From positions 1 through 60,555 of the IMG/VR virus record IMGVR_UViG_3300024046_000019: DNA of 60,555 nucleotides. The stretch is one strand, 5' to 3'. The position numbers were made by a program, and so were the translations under genes. Shown here piece after piece: positions 45,598 to 55,285 of the stretch. The number at the start of each line of letters is the position of its first letter. Position 1 is the first letter of the stretch. The DNA is from a virus. Taxonomy: Duplodnaviria > Caudoviricetes. A model generated the notes under the pieces. It was given only the letters and a program-made list of their open reading frames with translations. It did no database searches and was not told the origin of the DNA.

Positions 45598-47349
45598 ATG
45601 CCTCAGGCCCTTGCCGGGGTAATCCTGCCGTGGGTGATCCAGGGCATGGGTTTCCTCGGGATACCTATTGCCGCTATAGCCGCTTCGGCAACGTTGGTGG
45701 CAACCGGCCTTGCCTATCTGGCGTTTGCGGGTCTTGCGCTGCTGGTTTCCTCGGCCTTCGCGCCGCCGACCCCCGAGGCACCAAAGCCTGAAGATGGCAA
45801 GTACAACCTCAAGCAGAGTGTTCCGCCCCTGGTCTACGTGCTGGGCCGGAACAAGAAGGCGGGCGACTATGTGTTTCTGGAGGAAAGGGGTGGAACCGCT
45901 TACCACGTTACGGTTTGGGCGGCCCACCATATCAAGGGCTACCTGCGCCACTGGTTGCACGACGAAATCACGACCATCGACAGCAGTGGCTATGTGATTA
46001 CGCCCACGCATTTTGATCAGAAGGTGCGGTTCGAGGTTCGTGTGGGCAACGATGCATCGGCCGCCTTTACCAGCCTCGTCGAGACCTTCCCCGAAATCTG
46101 GACCAGCGCGCATCGCGGCGATGGACTGGCGGCAGTAATGATGGCGGTGAAGTCCGTCCCTTCTGAAGACCTGCAAACGGTCTTTCCGAACTTCATGCCG
46201 CAGCATTCAGCCGTGGGGGAAGGACACGACAGGCTGATCGATCCTCGCACCGGAACCCCCGGCTACAGCGAGAACATCGCCATTTTCCGCTATTGGCATC
46301 TGACGCACCCCGTTGGCGGAAAACTCACGCGCGCCGATATGTACGACCCCGATTGGGCTCATGCGGCGGACGTCGGCGACCAGATCGTCAAGATCCGTGG
46401 GGATGAGGATGAGCCGCGATACCACGGCGGACTCTGGTTCCGCGCCAACAACGATCCGGTGCAGGTGGGCCGACTTATGGACCAGGCGGCGGATATGGTC
46501 GTCTATGAGCGCGCGGACGGTCTAGTAGGCGTCCACGCCGGCGAATATGTCGAGCCGGATGTTCGGCTCACCGCCAACGACATCATCAGCCTTGGCTATG
46601 ACCCAAACAAGCGTCGGGCAACCACAGTGCTGGCCGTGCGTGGGCGATACACCGATCCGGCGAAAATCTACAATACGGCTGATGCTGCGATTTATGGCGT
46701 CCCATATCCGACCGACGATGAGCGCACGAAGACGGTCGAGAACCAGGCGGTGCAGCGGCACAATCACATCAGCCGACTGCAAAAGCTGGCTTTCATCCGT
46801 GCCAATGCGCCACGGCTAAAGATCACAGCTCACTACGAGTCGGCGCGGCAGGTGCCTTATCGCCGGTTTGTGCGGGTGCATTACCCGCCACGCCTGACGG
46901 AGGCGGTAGTGGAGATCATTGGCCGCCCAACCCTATCGCTGCGAAACCTTACCTATGAGTTCGAGGGCATCGTGGTGCCGCCGAACATGTACGCGTTCGA
47001 CGCCGCGACCGAGGAAGGCCAGCCCGGCGCCAATGTGGTGCCCATCGAGCGCGAGGACGTACCAGTCCCGGAAAACTTCGACGTCACTATCGAACAAGAC
47101 GACGTTGGGGGCGGCGGAGTTTTCTACGGCCTAGCCACATGGGACCCAGTTGCCGACGACACCTTTACCTATGAACTCGAATGGCAGCCGACTGCTGGAG
47201 GCCCGGTGCAGTCGGTGACTTCGACCCCTGGCGCAACCGAGCTGCGTAGCGCCTATCTGGCCGACGACATTGAAGTCCGCTTCCGGCTCCGGCGCTGGTC
47301 CATCGGCACGAAGTCCGCTTGGACCGCATACGTGATCCGCACGCCGTAG
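45598..47349 (+). CDS. Central tail tip/hub protein
   Basis: 583 aa; QSVPP..YVLGR; FN3-like C-terminus. Confidence 0.75.
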   Translation: MPQALAGVILPWVIQGMGFLGIPIAAIAASATLVATGLAYLAFAGLALLVSSAFAPPTPEAPKPEDGKYNLKQSVPPLVYVLGRNKKAGDYVFLEERGGTAYHVTVWAAHHIKGYLRHWLHDEITTIDSSGYVITPTHFDQKVRFEVRVGNDASAAFTSLVETFPEIWTSAHRGDGLAAVMMAVKSVPSEDLQTVFPNFMPQHSAVGEGHDRLIDPRTGTPGYSENIAIFRYWHLTHPVGGKLTRADMYDPDWAHAADVGDQIVKIRGDEDEPRYHGGLWFRANNDPVQVGRLMDQAADMVVYERADGLVGVHAGEYVEPDVRLTANDIISLGYDPNKRRATTVLAVRGRYTDPAKIYNTADAAIYGVPYPTDDERTKTVENQAVQRHNHISRLQKLAFIRANAPRLKITAHYESARQVPYRRFVRVHYPPRLTEAVVEIIGRPTLSLRNLTYEFEGIVVPPNMYAFDAATEEGQPGANVVPIEREDVPVPENFDVTIEQDDVGGGGVFYGLATWDPVADDTFTYELEWQPTAGGPVQSVTSTPGATELRSAYLADDIEVRFRLRRWSIGTKSAWTAYVIRTP

Positions 47350-47383
47350 CGGCACCAGACCACCAACAAATCACCAGCCTGCC

Positions 47384-47408
47384 AGCCCCTGCATCCGCGG
47401 GGCTTTTT
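47384..47408 (+). terminator. Intrinsic terminator
   Basis: AGCCCC...GGGGC-TTTTT. Confidence 0.6.
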
Positions 47409-47423
47409 CGTATGGAGCAAACC

Positions 47424-49838
47424 ATGGCGCTCACGCCTCGCACCGTCTTTAGGTACTTCGAGACCGATGGCGTTCCGGCATCTGGTCCGCACAAGCCGAT
47501 CAAGGCCGAAATCATCCAATTGTTGGAGCAGCTTTTCGGCACGGTCGGCAGCGGCTGGGTAGTAGAGCAGACGCTGGCAGCGCTCAACGGTGTGACGCCC
47601 GAAAACGAGTCTGATGGTGGCGTCGTCCTCAATGATCCAGATCCCACCAACAACGGCTACTACTCCAGGGACACCGGTACGTGGGTGAAGGGCAGAGGGC
47701 TCCCCGACACTTTTGCCAAGGTGGCGCTATCCGGTTCTGGCACGGCCCAGACTGGCGCTGTGGATGCCGGCGTCAATCCTGCCGATGTCGAGGTGTTTTT
47801 TGCCGTTGTCGGCACGGATAATACAGGGGCAATGACGCTGGCCATTGGCGGAGAGGCGCCCCGTTCGGTCGTCAACCTAGCCGGCAATCCGCTTGCCGCT
47901 GGCGAGTGGACCGGCGTGGTGATGTTCTTCCTCAACGGTGCCGGGCAGTACCAGCTCATTATCGACGCCGGAGCGGCGCAGAGTGCTGCGTTAAGCGCGA
48001 GTTCTGCACAGGCATGGTCGCAATCCGACGATCCAATTCCGCCCGAGTTCGGCGGCGATGGCGTTGATGACCACTCTGCCAAATACTGGGCAGAGCAGGC
48101 AAGCCAAGTCACGGTACCGAATGGCTCGATCACTGATCCAAAGCTTAGCGCTACGCTCAAGCAGGGACTTGTGTTCTACGCCGCCAATATTGCGGCGCTC
48201 GAAGCGATCGACGGCACCGGCTACAAGGCGGCCTATCTGGGCGATGGCGGAAGGGCAGGCTTGTTCCGCTGGGATGGGTTGGACCTTTCATCAAAGGTTG
48301 CGGCGGACACGGAGCAGGGTATCTACGTAGCGCCGGTTGGAGATCCTACGGGTGCCGGCGGTGCCTGGGTGCGCCAGTGGTCCGGCGCTGCTAATATCAT
48401 GTGGTGGGGCGCCAGCCCGGCGAGCGCGGATAATACCGCCGCCTATGCGGCGGCTGTGGCAGTTATGGAGGACGGGAGCGAACTGTTCTGGCCAGCAGGT
48501 ACGTATGTTGGCCATTTCTCGTCGGTTGGGAAGAACATTCGGCTACGTGCAGTTCCGGGAGAGGTCACGCTTAAGGCGCTGGATCCGAACATTGCGATCC
48601 TAAATCTGCGCGGCAGTGCCTACCTGCTAACCACTTTATCACAGAATGCTTCCTACGGCGACAGGACGATAAGCCTCACTTCATCTGCGGACGTGTTGCC
48701 CGGTGACATTCTTTACATGGTCGACGCAAAGTCCCGCCCCGGCGATTCATCTCCCGGCATCAACACCGAAACCATTATCGTCGAGAGAGTTTCAGGAAGT
48801 ACCGTGATTCCGTCAGATATGGTGCGATCGTTCCAAGATTCTGGAACTCGGAATGTCTATAAGGTTAATCCGATAGTTGGTGTTTCGATTGAGGGGTTTA
48901 CGCTCGATCTGGAGGGTAACTACAAAGATGGTGGTGCTGTCGCTGTATATTATGGGCGAGACGTAAGGCTGCGCAAGAACAGGATTGTTAATGGCGATGA
49001 TGGCGTATCAGTAAGCGTCCGGTGGAGTGTAGATGTTGATATTTTCGACACGTACGCGGAAGCTGTTACGCAGGAAGGCTTGTATGGCATAGGTTTGATA
49101 AATTGCCGGAATTTCAGAGTAAACAAAACCTACGGGCGGATGCTGAGGCATCCAATTGACCTGTCTTCTTGCTATAGTGGAATTATATTCGATACTACCG
49201 TTGAGGGTTCGGAGGACTGGTCGCTAGAGCACTTGGAAAGTGCAATAGTTATCGCTCACAACACTTATGGCGGAAACATCGTAGTCGATAAACTGCGCGG
49301 ATCAAATATCAGAAATTTTGGCGTTCTTTGGGCCGGCCAGGGCGTCACTACTCCTGTCAATTACGTTGCGCGCGATGTAACAATTCGTGACATTGAAGTG
49401 GTTGGGGCCGGAACTGCTGCTCAACAAGGGTACGGTGTCTATATCCAGACTTCGTGGAGTAATCTGATCATTGATGGTGTGAGATTTACCACGAAAGGTA
49501 CAGCCGCCCCGACCGATGCGACATGCATCGTGCGCATGAACGGCCAATCTTTTGGCTCGTCTGTAATCAGAAACCTCAGATCCCCTCGCGTGGGCGTTGG
49601 GCTATTCTGCTGGCTCAATGCTACCCCGGCCAGCACTGCTAACCTTGGCCTTATTTCAGTTGAGAACGTCGACGCTGGTGTGTGCTCATATGCTTTGTGG
49701 ATGAGGGGGCAGAAGCATTTTAGTCGAAAGGATATCACAGCCAGGTCTGCTGCAACCGTCTTAGTTCAGGTTGACACAACTGGAGGTGTGGCAAACGTCA
49801 CGAACTCTGCGATTGGTGTGTCGTCAGTGCTTTCCTGA
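47424..49838 (+). CDS. Tailspike/receptor-binding protein with pectate-lyase-like beta-helix (putative depolymerase)
   Basis: N-terminal anchor GPHKPIKAEI; WGA....DNTAA...ELFWPAGTY starts the beta-helix; Ile/Val/Asn-rich repeats; 3' half visibly lower GC. Confidence 0.85.
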   Translation: MALTPRTVFRYFETDGVPASGPHKPIKAEIIQLLEQLFGTVGSGWVVEQTLAALNGVTPENESDGGVVLNDPDPTNNGYYSRDTGTWVKGRGLPDTFAKVALSGSGTAQTGAVDAGVNPADVEVFFAVVGTDNTGAMTLAIGGEAPRSVVNLAGNPLAAGEWTGVVMFFLNGAGQYQLIIDAGAAQSAALSASSAQAWSQSDDPIPPEFGGDGVDDHSAKYWAEQASQVTVPNGSITDPKLSATLKQGLVFYAANIAALEAIDGTGYKAAYLGDGGRAGLFRWDGLDLSSKVAADTEQGIYVAPVGDPTGAGGAWVRQWSGAANIMWWGASPASADNTAAYAAAVAVMEDGSELFWPAGTYVGHFSSVGKNIRLRAVPGEVTLKALDPNIAILNLRGSAYLLTTLSQNASYGDRTISLTSSADVLPGDILYMVDAKSRPGDSSPGINTETIIVERVSGSTVIPSDMVRSFQDSGTRNVYKVNPIVGVSIEGFTLDLEGNYKDGGAVAVYYGRDVRLRKNRIVNGDDGVSVSVRWSVDVDIFDTYAEAVTQEGLYGIGLINCRNFRVNKTYGRMLRHPIDLSSCYSGIIFDTTVEGSEDWSLEHLESAIVIAHNTYGGNIVVDKLRGSNIRNFGVLWAGQGVTTPVNYVARDVTIRDIEVVGAGTAAQQGYGVYIQTSWSNLIIDGVRFTTKGTAAPTDATCIVRMNGQSFGSSVIRNLRSPRVGVGLFCWLNATPASTANLGLISVENVDAGVCSYALWMRGQKHFSRKDITARSAATVLVQVDTTGGVANVTNSAIGVSSVLS

Positions 49839-49840
49839 GG

Positions 49841-49939
49841 CTCGATCGTCACCGGCTAACGGCATCAAAGAATATTACAGAAACCACTCCGGCTAATGTC
49901 ACCAATGTGGACGTTGGCGTGGTAGGGGCGAAGAATTAA
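49841..49939 (+). pseudogene. Relic C-terminus of an alternative tailspike allele
   Basis: LDRHRLTASKNITETTPANVTNVDVGVVGAKN* resembles FSRKDITA...TTGGVANVTNSAIGV at the tailspike end. Confidence 0.5.
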
Positions 49940-49941
49940 CA

Positions 49942-50190
49942 TTATTGCGCCTGCAGTTCTTCAAAATGGCGCACCGTATTCGCTATTAACGAGATGGTGT
50001 CGAAATCCTCTCGTTTGATATCCTGAGGGTTCAGAATTACGCCAAACTCCTCCTCGATTTCAAGAATTATCGATACAATTGAGAAAGATGACAATCTTCC
50101 GGAAGTGATTAGCGGATCGCCGTCACTAGGTCTCTCGCCGGTAATGGCAAATACGATTTTACGAGAGCGCTCAAGATAAGAGTCTTCCAC
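49942..50190 (-). CDS. dltC: DltC-like acyl/aminoacyl carrier protein
   Basis: 82 aa acidic; LITSGRLSSFSIV (Ppant Ser), EIEEEFGV, FDTI. Confidence 0.85.
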   Translation of the reverse strand: MEDSYLERSRKIVFAITGERPSDGDPLITSGRLSSFSIVSIILEIEEEFGVILNPQDIKREDFDTISLIANTVRHFEELQAQ

Positions 50191-50199
50191 GGGCAGTTC

Positions 50200-51771
50200 C
50201 TATTTCGCAGATTTAAAACTCTGGCGGATTGCATTTCTATCAATCTTGCCGTTGACGTTTTTAGGTAGTGTGTTCGACGCCTGAAACTGTGCCGGTATCA
50301 TGTACGAAGGTAGGGTGGCGGCGCAGTGCTCGCGCAGGCTAGATGCAAGGCTGCTTTCGCCGTGCCAAACAACCGCCGCGGCAATGAAGGGCTCTTCGGC
50401 ATCAACTAAAACGACAGCAGCCTCTATGGCGTCGGGGTGGGTGCTGATGGTGTGCTCGATCTCTGATAGCTCGATCCGATAGCCCATGTATTTGATCTGA
50501 GTGTCAGAGCGCCCGAGGCAATAGAAAATGCCATTGGCATCTTGATAGGCTAAGTCACCGGTCTCGTAATATCTGGCGCTCGTCTCCAGCTTTCGAGGAT
50601 CAGGTCTGAACACAGCTTCGGTAAGATCGAGGCGGCGCCAATAGCCCGGCGACAATTGACTGCCTCCAATCATGAGTCTGCCACTTGAACCGGCAGGAAC
50701 TGTTTCTTCGGTATCAAGATCGATTACCGAAAGTGTGACATTAGGGCAGGGCTGCCCAATTGGAATTCTATTGCCAACATCTTTTGAGGTTACCCTGTGC
50801 CATGTACAGGCAATGGCGGCCTCGGTTGGGCCGTATAAATTGAATATTGGGACCTCCGGCATGGCATCAATCCATGCTGCGGCATTGTCTGAGGATAGAG
50901 CCTCGCCGCAAAATAGCGCCAAGCGCAGGCTGTCTCCCATGGCCGCGCGACTTAATTGCTTCATACGACGCAGATGCGTAATGACCGAGGGCACAGAAAA
51001 CCAAACGGTGATGCCACGCGACTTAATGGTACGAGATGCAAGAGTGCGCTCGCCGAACGTGCGTAACGGGCAAATCGTCGCTCCGACAATTAAGGGCGCA
51101 AACAAATCCAGAACCGACAGGTCGAAACTCAGGGAAGAGTGGTTCGACATCCGGTCCGCGGGTGTGAGATTGAAAAAATGCGCGGCCCACCAGACGAAAT
51201 TCATGGCCGCCCTGTGTTGCACCATAACGCCTTTTGGGCGCCCAGTCGTTCCTGAAGTGAACATCAAATAGGCGAGGTCGTCTTCTACCACGCCGCTATG
51301 CACCGGCAGTGTGTTCTGAGCCAGGATCGTGTCGAGACCGAGGTAGTCCTCGTCGGAATCGGTATCCATGACGATGACATGAGGAATGGGGAAGTCTGCC
51401 TCAGTCTGAACTTTTCTTAGAATGTCCAGATTTTCACGTGTCAGGATGATCGCTAAGGGTTCGGCTTCATCAACTATTGCCGCCAAGCGGGAGGAGGGGA
51501 ACTCAGGATTCATGGGCACGTAACAGCTGCCTGATCGAAGTGCGCCAATAATTGCTGCCACGGCGGAGGCCGAGTTCCCTATCATCACGCCAATTCGGAT
51601 GTTGGGGCCTGAGCCGTAAGATGCGAGTAGTTGCGCAAGCCTCGCAGACAAATCGTGAAGTGCACCGAAAGTGAGTTGCTCCCTACCATCGTCCACAGCG
51701 ATGGAGTTGGGGCGCTCAACAATATGCCTGTCCAAGGCCTCGTGCAGGAGGGATATCTTAGGTGTGATCAA
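50200..51771 (-). CDS. dltA: DltA-like stand-alone amino-acid adenylation enzyme
   Basis: YLMFTSGTTGRPKGV, SFDLSV, FCGEAL, NLYGPTEA, YETGD, GYRIEL, NGKIDR. Confidence 0.88.
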   Translation of the reverse strand: MITPKISLLHEALDRHIVERPNSIAVDDGREQLTFGALHDLSARLAQLLASYGSGPNIRIGVMIGNSASAVAAIIGALRSGSCYVPMNPEFPSSRLAAIVDEAEPLAIILTRENLDILRKVQTEADFPIPHVIVMDTDSDEDYLGLDTILAQNTLPVHSGVVEDDLAYLMFTSGTTGRPKGVMVQHRAAMNFVWWAAHFFNLTPADRMSNHSSLSFDLSVLDLFAPLIVGATICPLRTFGERTLASRTIKSRGITVWFSVPSVITHLRRMKQLSRAAMGDSLRLALFCGEALSSDNAAAWIDAMPEVPIFNLYGPTEAAIACTWHRVTSKDVGNRIPIGQPCPNVTLSVIDLDTEETVPAGSSGRLMIGGSQLSPGYWRRLDLTEAVFRPDPRKLETSARYYETGDLAYQDANGIFYCLGRSDTQIKYMGYRIELSEIEHTISTHPDAIEAAVVLVDAEEPFIAAAVVWHGESSLASSLREHCAATLPSYMIPAQFQASNTLPKNVNGKIDRNAIRQSFKSAK

Positions 51772-51776
51772 GTGAA

Positions 51777-52520
51777 TTAGTCCATGAATTCGCCGTGAAC
51801 CGCAACGATGTCCAAGTATGTTTTATGCACCCGCGCCTTCAACTCTTTCGCGTCAAACAAACGGCCCCCGAGATACAGAAATTCCCACGTTGTCCAGAAA
51901 TCCTTACCTGTCTTACCCTTAAGACGTGGGTGCTCGTTTTTCATATAAAGATCTACGAAATGTCTCGCAGCTTGGCTATAGAGCATGTACAGCGGATGAT
52001 GAAAGCTCTCGGGTAACGCTCCAGGTTTTTGCCATTGGGCAAGGTATTGCTTGGCCTTCATGCGCACCCAGCAGGGGGAGCGCTCGCCGATCGCATCGAA
52101 GGTCAGGTCAAAAATGGATAAAGGCAGAACTTCTTCCACAGAGCCGTCGGTGCCAACAACCGGGAGAAACGGATAGAGTTTGCAAACCAGCGGCTTGTCC
52201 AGCTTTCCGTCACATAGGCCCAGATGTCGGCAAGGTACATGTGTGATCGTGAGCGGGCGAGGCCCCCCGAAATTCAGTTCCAGTTTGTGCGGCTTCCCCA
52301 CTTCGCTGACTGGTTGAACCTTCCCGCGCTTTTCGAGGTATTCGTACTCGCGATCCCAATACAGAAGAGTGGTTCCTGTTCCAGTTTTAGGCATCAGTTT
52401 GAAATCAAAATCGGGGTGGTTTTGAGAGCAACAAAAACCGCCGCCACAGCCGTTCCAACAACCGGCTTCGAACAAGAAAACCTCGTTCTTGATAGCCTCC
52501 CAATCAAATGGTTGAAGCAT
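51777..52520 (-). CDS. Cysteine-cluster protein (YkgJ/CxxCxxCC-like)
   Basis: CWNGCGGGFCC...PCRHLGLC...KPLVCKLYPF...SPC. Confidence 0.7.
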   Translation of the reverse strand: MLQPFDWEAIKNEVFLFEAGCWNGCGGGFCCSQNHPDFDFKLMPKTGTGTTLLYWDREYEYLEKRGKVQPVSEVGKPHKLELNFGGPRPLTITHVPCRHLGLCDGKLDKPLVCKLYPFLPVVGTDGSVEEVLPLSIFDLTFDAIGERSPCWVRMKAKQYLAQWQKPGALPESFHHPLYMLYSQAARHFVDLYMKNEHPRLKGKTGKDFWTTWEFLYLGGRLFDAKELKARVHKTYLDIVAVHGEFMD

Positions 52521-52532
52521 TTTTTCCGCCCT

Positions 52533-53708
52533 TCAGTTGCCGACAAGCGACGCAGTATCGCGCGGCACAAGCGTTTTTGGAACATAGCCCGAGAAAATTG
52601 CAAAGCTTATCAGGATCAGATGAAACGTAACTAGCCAGGCAAGCCATTTCTTCGGCCGCCATGTGATCGCGCCCGTTCGATGCCAGTGCTCCCATACCTC
52701 CTGCGCACTCAAAAGCGCTGCATGAAAAAGTCCATAGCTGACATATGGGATAGTCGCACCGTGCCAGAATCCCATTAGACCGAACGAGATGAACAGGCTG
52801 ACGATGGATGCAACTAACGGACTTGAAATGAGCTTGTGACGCCGGATGAAGAGGAGCAGGCGCATAAGCACATAGTCTCGGAACCAGAATGACAGCGTGA
52901 TATGCATCCGGGTCCAAAATTCTCGGATCGATAAGCTGTAAAACGGGGCATTGACGTTTTCAGGAGTTTGGATGCCAACCATGAGGCTGTAGGCAATGGC
53001 AATGGCGGCATAGCCGGCGAAATCGAGTACCAAGTAGAAGCCGTAGATATAAAGATAGGCAAGGTCGTGGGTGATGGGATTTGAGCCTATGTAGGGCTCT
53101 AAGTTTGTATTGAGCGCGAGAGAAAGAATATGAGCCAATACGAACTTGTATAGAAGTCCCAACCATAGATGCCGAAAGGCCAACTCGAACCGAACTAGAA
53201 TTTCCCGGCGTTTGAGTGGGGTGCCCAGGTCGGAGCAGAACCTCTGGAAGCGATCAATGGGACCGGCAAACAATGTCGGGAAGAATGCTAGAAAAAGCAG
53301 ATATTTCCCATGATTTAGGGATTTTACGCGCCCATCGTGAATATCAAAAATGACCTGCAGAGCGCGAAATAGGATGAACGACGCCGCGAGTAAGTGCAAA
53401 AATTGGAATTTTATCGCAACTACCGGTGTGCAGGCTGCAAATACCAATACGCAAGTTAGGTATATCGATTTGCCGAATTTTCTAACCAAACCGAGTTGGA
53501 TGGCTGTTATGGTCCAGAGAAAAGCAACAAAAGATAAAAACCGCAGTACAGTATCCAGTCCCGCCCACAACGGCCAACTAGCCAACATCAGAAGCGTGAA
53601 CACCCCCGCCGCAGGGTAGGGTCGCCTGCTTACAAAGAGGATCGCCATTCCGACCATGGCCGCGCCGGTGATCCAGATGAACCAGTAAAAATCAGCGAAA
53701 GGGGCCAT
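52533..53708 (-). CDS. dltB: DltB-like MBOAT acyltransferase
   Basis: FFPTLFAGPIDR, DFAGY, EFWTRMHITLSFWFRDYV, MGFWHG; multiple TM helices. Confidence 0.92.
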   Translation of the reverse strand: MAPFADFYWFIWITGAAMVGMAILFVSRRPYPAAGVFTLLMLASWPLWAGLDTVLRFLSFVAFLWTITAIQLGLVRKFGKSIYLTCVLVFAACTPVVAIKFQFLHLLAASFILFRALQVIFDIHDGRVKSLNHGKYLLFLAFFPTLFAGPIDRFQRFCSDLGTPLKRREILVRFELAFRHLWLGLLYKFVLAHILSLALNTNLEPYIGSNPITHDLAYLYIYGFYLVLDFAGYAAIAIAYSLMVGIQTPENVNAPFYSLSIREFWTRMHITLSFWFRDYVLMRLLLFIRRHKLISSPLVASIVSLFISFGLMGFWHGATIPYVSYGLFHAALLSAQEVWEHWHRTGAITWRPKKWLAWLVTFHLILISFAIFSGYVPKTLVPRDTASLVGN

Positions 53709-53714
53709 GGCGGG

Positions 53715-53828
53715 TTAGAATTGAATGTAGATGGACTCGGAAACCTCCGGAGCCACGGCGTTTAGGAGAAGGATCGAGGCGAGAAGGCCGCACCAGAGGA
53801 CGACCCACTTTAGAGTGTTCAGGATCAT
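53715..53828 (-). CDS. dltX: DltX-like 37-aa membrane acyl shuttle
   Basis: MILNTLKWVVLWCGLLASILLLNAVAPEVSESIYIQF; single TM; C-terminal IYxxF; ATG overlaps the dltD stop. Confidence 0.82.
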   Translation of the reverse strand: MILNTLKWVVLWCGLLASILLLNAVAPEVSESIYIQF

Positions 53829-55144
53829 TGTTTGGTTTGCCCCAGGCCGAAATGCTCGTACATTATCCGGTAATATTCGATGTTTGAGAGCCATCCGTGG
53901 TGAAACGGATCGCGCAGCCAATAGAGCTCATCCGAATGCGCGCCGAGCGATAGCAGCGGAATTTGATGGTCGGCTGCGATGGCTTCTATCCTGCCGTAGA
54001 ATTCATCCATCATTGAAACGTCGAATCCGAGGTTCTCGTATAAGCGCTTTTGGATGGGAGGGATTACGAAGCGCACATTCAGGTTTTGAGCCTGAATTAT
54101 TTCTGCAAGAAGCTCGTAGTCCGCCCATTCAGAGCTATCCATAGAAACATATGGGCCGCTGGAATTGGGTTCCGGTTTTTTTGCCAGCCATTCCTCGGTG
54201 GGTTTCATGTACTTTTCCCAATAGCCGTTCCCTATGCCGTAATCGTTTCCCGATGTCCTGTTCGCGGCCAGTTCTATGATGTCGTCTCGGGAAGCTTCAA
54301 CTTCGTCAGGTGTGGGTAGCGGCGGCATGCCGTCACGACCGCTATCTTTCTTTGGGTTCACTCCCGCAAATTCGTTTTTTATGAACAGGACGAGTTCACG
54401 ATAATCCTCTCCGAAAACCTTTGCCTGTATAATCGGCCATATCACTGCTGATATTACTTCATTGTCCGGTCCCTTCTTGCCCAGGTGTTGTAAATACCGG
54501 AACAGAACTGGATTGTCTTCCTTGGTCACAAAACGAAGCGCCTGATGAGCGTATTCTTCGGCGACGCGAGCGTGCGGCCATAAGTTGGTGCTTGCGCGTT
54601 CAACGAGCGTGTCGTTGAGGTGCATTTTGAAGCGATCGGCTGTTGTGCCGTCAAATCGCCTATCCTTATATGTCTCCTGAAGAGCCGCCGCGCCGTCGAA
54701 ATGTTGAACGCCAAGGAATATAAAGATGGGCTGATCTTCGCTAGCGATGCCGGCAGCGAGCATGGTGCCGTGGAAAAAGTCATGCGCGTTCGCACTGCCG
54801 AGGACAAGTGGTGTTATCTCTGACGCATGGCGCCCAAAAACCTCTTTGAAATGGTAGGGATCTCCATCCATATCGAATGTGGCCGATAACTCTGATGATC
54901 CCAAAATTATCGGGCGATCTTTTCCATAATGCCTACTATAAAACGCTAATTTTTGGAAATCTTTATAGGTTAGATGAGTTAATCCCATCTGTTTTGATTT
55001 TGCTTCCGGAACAATTTTATTGACGCCAAAAAATGCCAATAGTGTAAGAATTATTGCTACAATAAGGAACGCCACAAAGCCGAACGGTTCACCCGGCTGC
55101 ACACGGTAGATTTTGTGCGAATAGGACATATCTTTCAGCTCCAC
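53825..55144 (-). CDS. dltD: DltD-like SGNH-type transferase
   Basis: N-terminal TM anchor; IILGSSEL (catalytic Ser) and LRDPFHHGW (DxxH). Confidence 0.85.
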   Translation of the reverse strand: MELKDMSYSHKIYRVQPGEPFGFVAFLIVAIILTLLAFFGVNKIVPEAKSKQMGLTHLTYKDFQKLAFYSRHYGKDRPIILGSSELSATFDMDGDPYHFKEVFGRHASEITPLVLGSANAHDFFHGTMLAAGIASEDQPIFIFLGVQHFDGAAALQETYKDRRFDGTTADRFKMHLNDTLVERASTNLWPHARVAEEYAHQALRFVTKEDNPVLFRYLQHLGKKGPDNEVISAVIWPIIQAKVFGEDYRELVLFIKNEFAGVNPKKDSGRDGMPPLPTPDEVEASRDDIIELAANRTSGNDYGIGNGYWEKYMKPTEEWLAKKPEPNSSGPYVSMDSSEWADYELLAEIIQAQNLNVRFVIPPIQKRLYENLGFDVSMMDEFYGRIEAIAADHQIPLLSLGAHSDELYWLRDPFHHGWLSNIEYYRIMYEHFGLGQTKQ

Positions 55145-55285
55145 AATGCGCCCTTAAATAGTTTTTTGATTCAGCGCAATTCGCTGATGCTTCTTTTGGC
55201 GGACGGCCTTTATCGGTAAGCCAAATCGTGGATTATGCAGTCGGACTGTTCATAAATTCAGCGGCTCCAGAGTTCGTCAACCCTT

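Noticed and set aside
47424-49939. Diversity-generating retroelement or invertible tail-fibre shufflon
   Set aside because: No reverse transcriptase or adenine-specific TR/VR pair; the relic is in direct orientation and similar only at protein level; no flanking inversion sites seen.
49942-51771. NRPS secondary-metabolite cluster
   Set aside because: No condensation or thioesterase domain; MBOAT, DltX-like and DltD-like partners point to envelope acylation.
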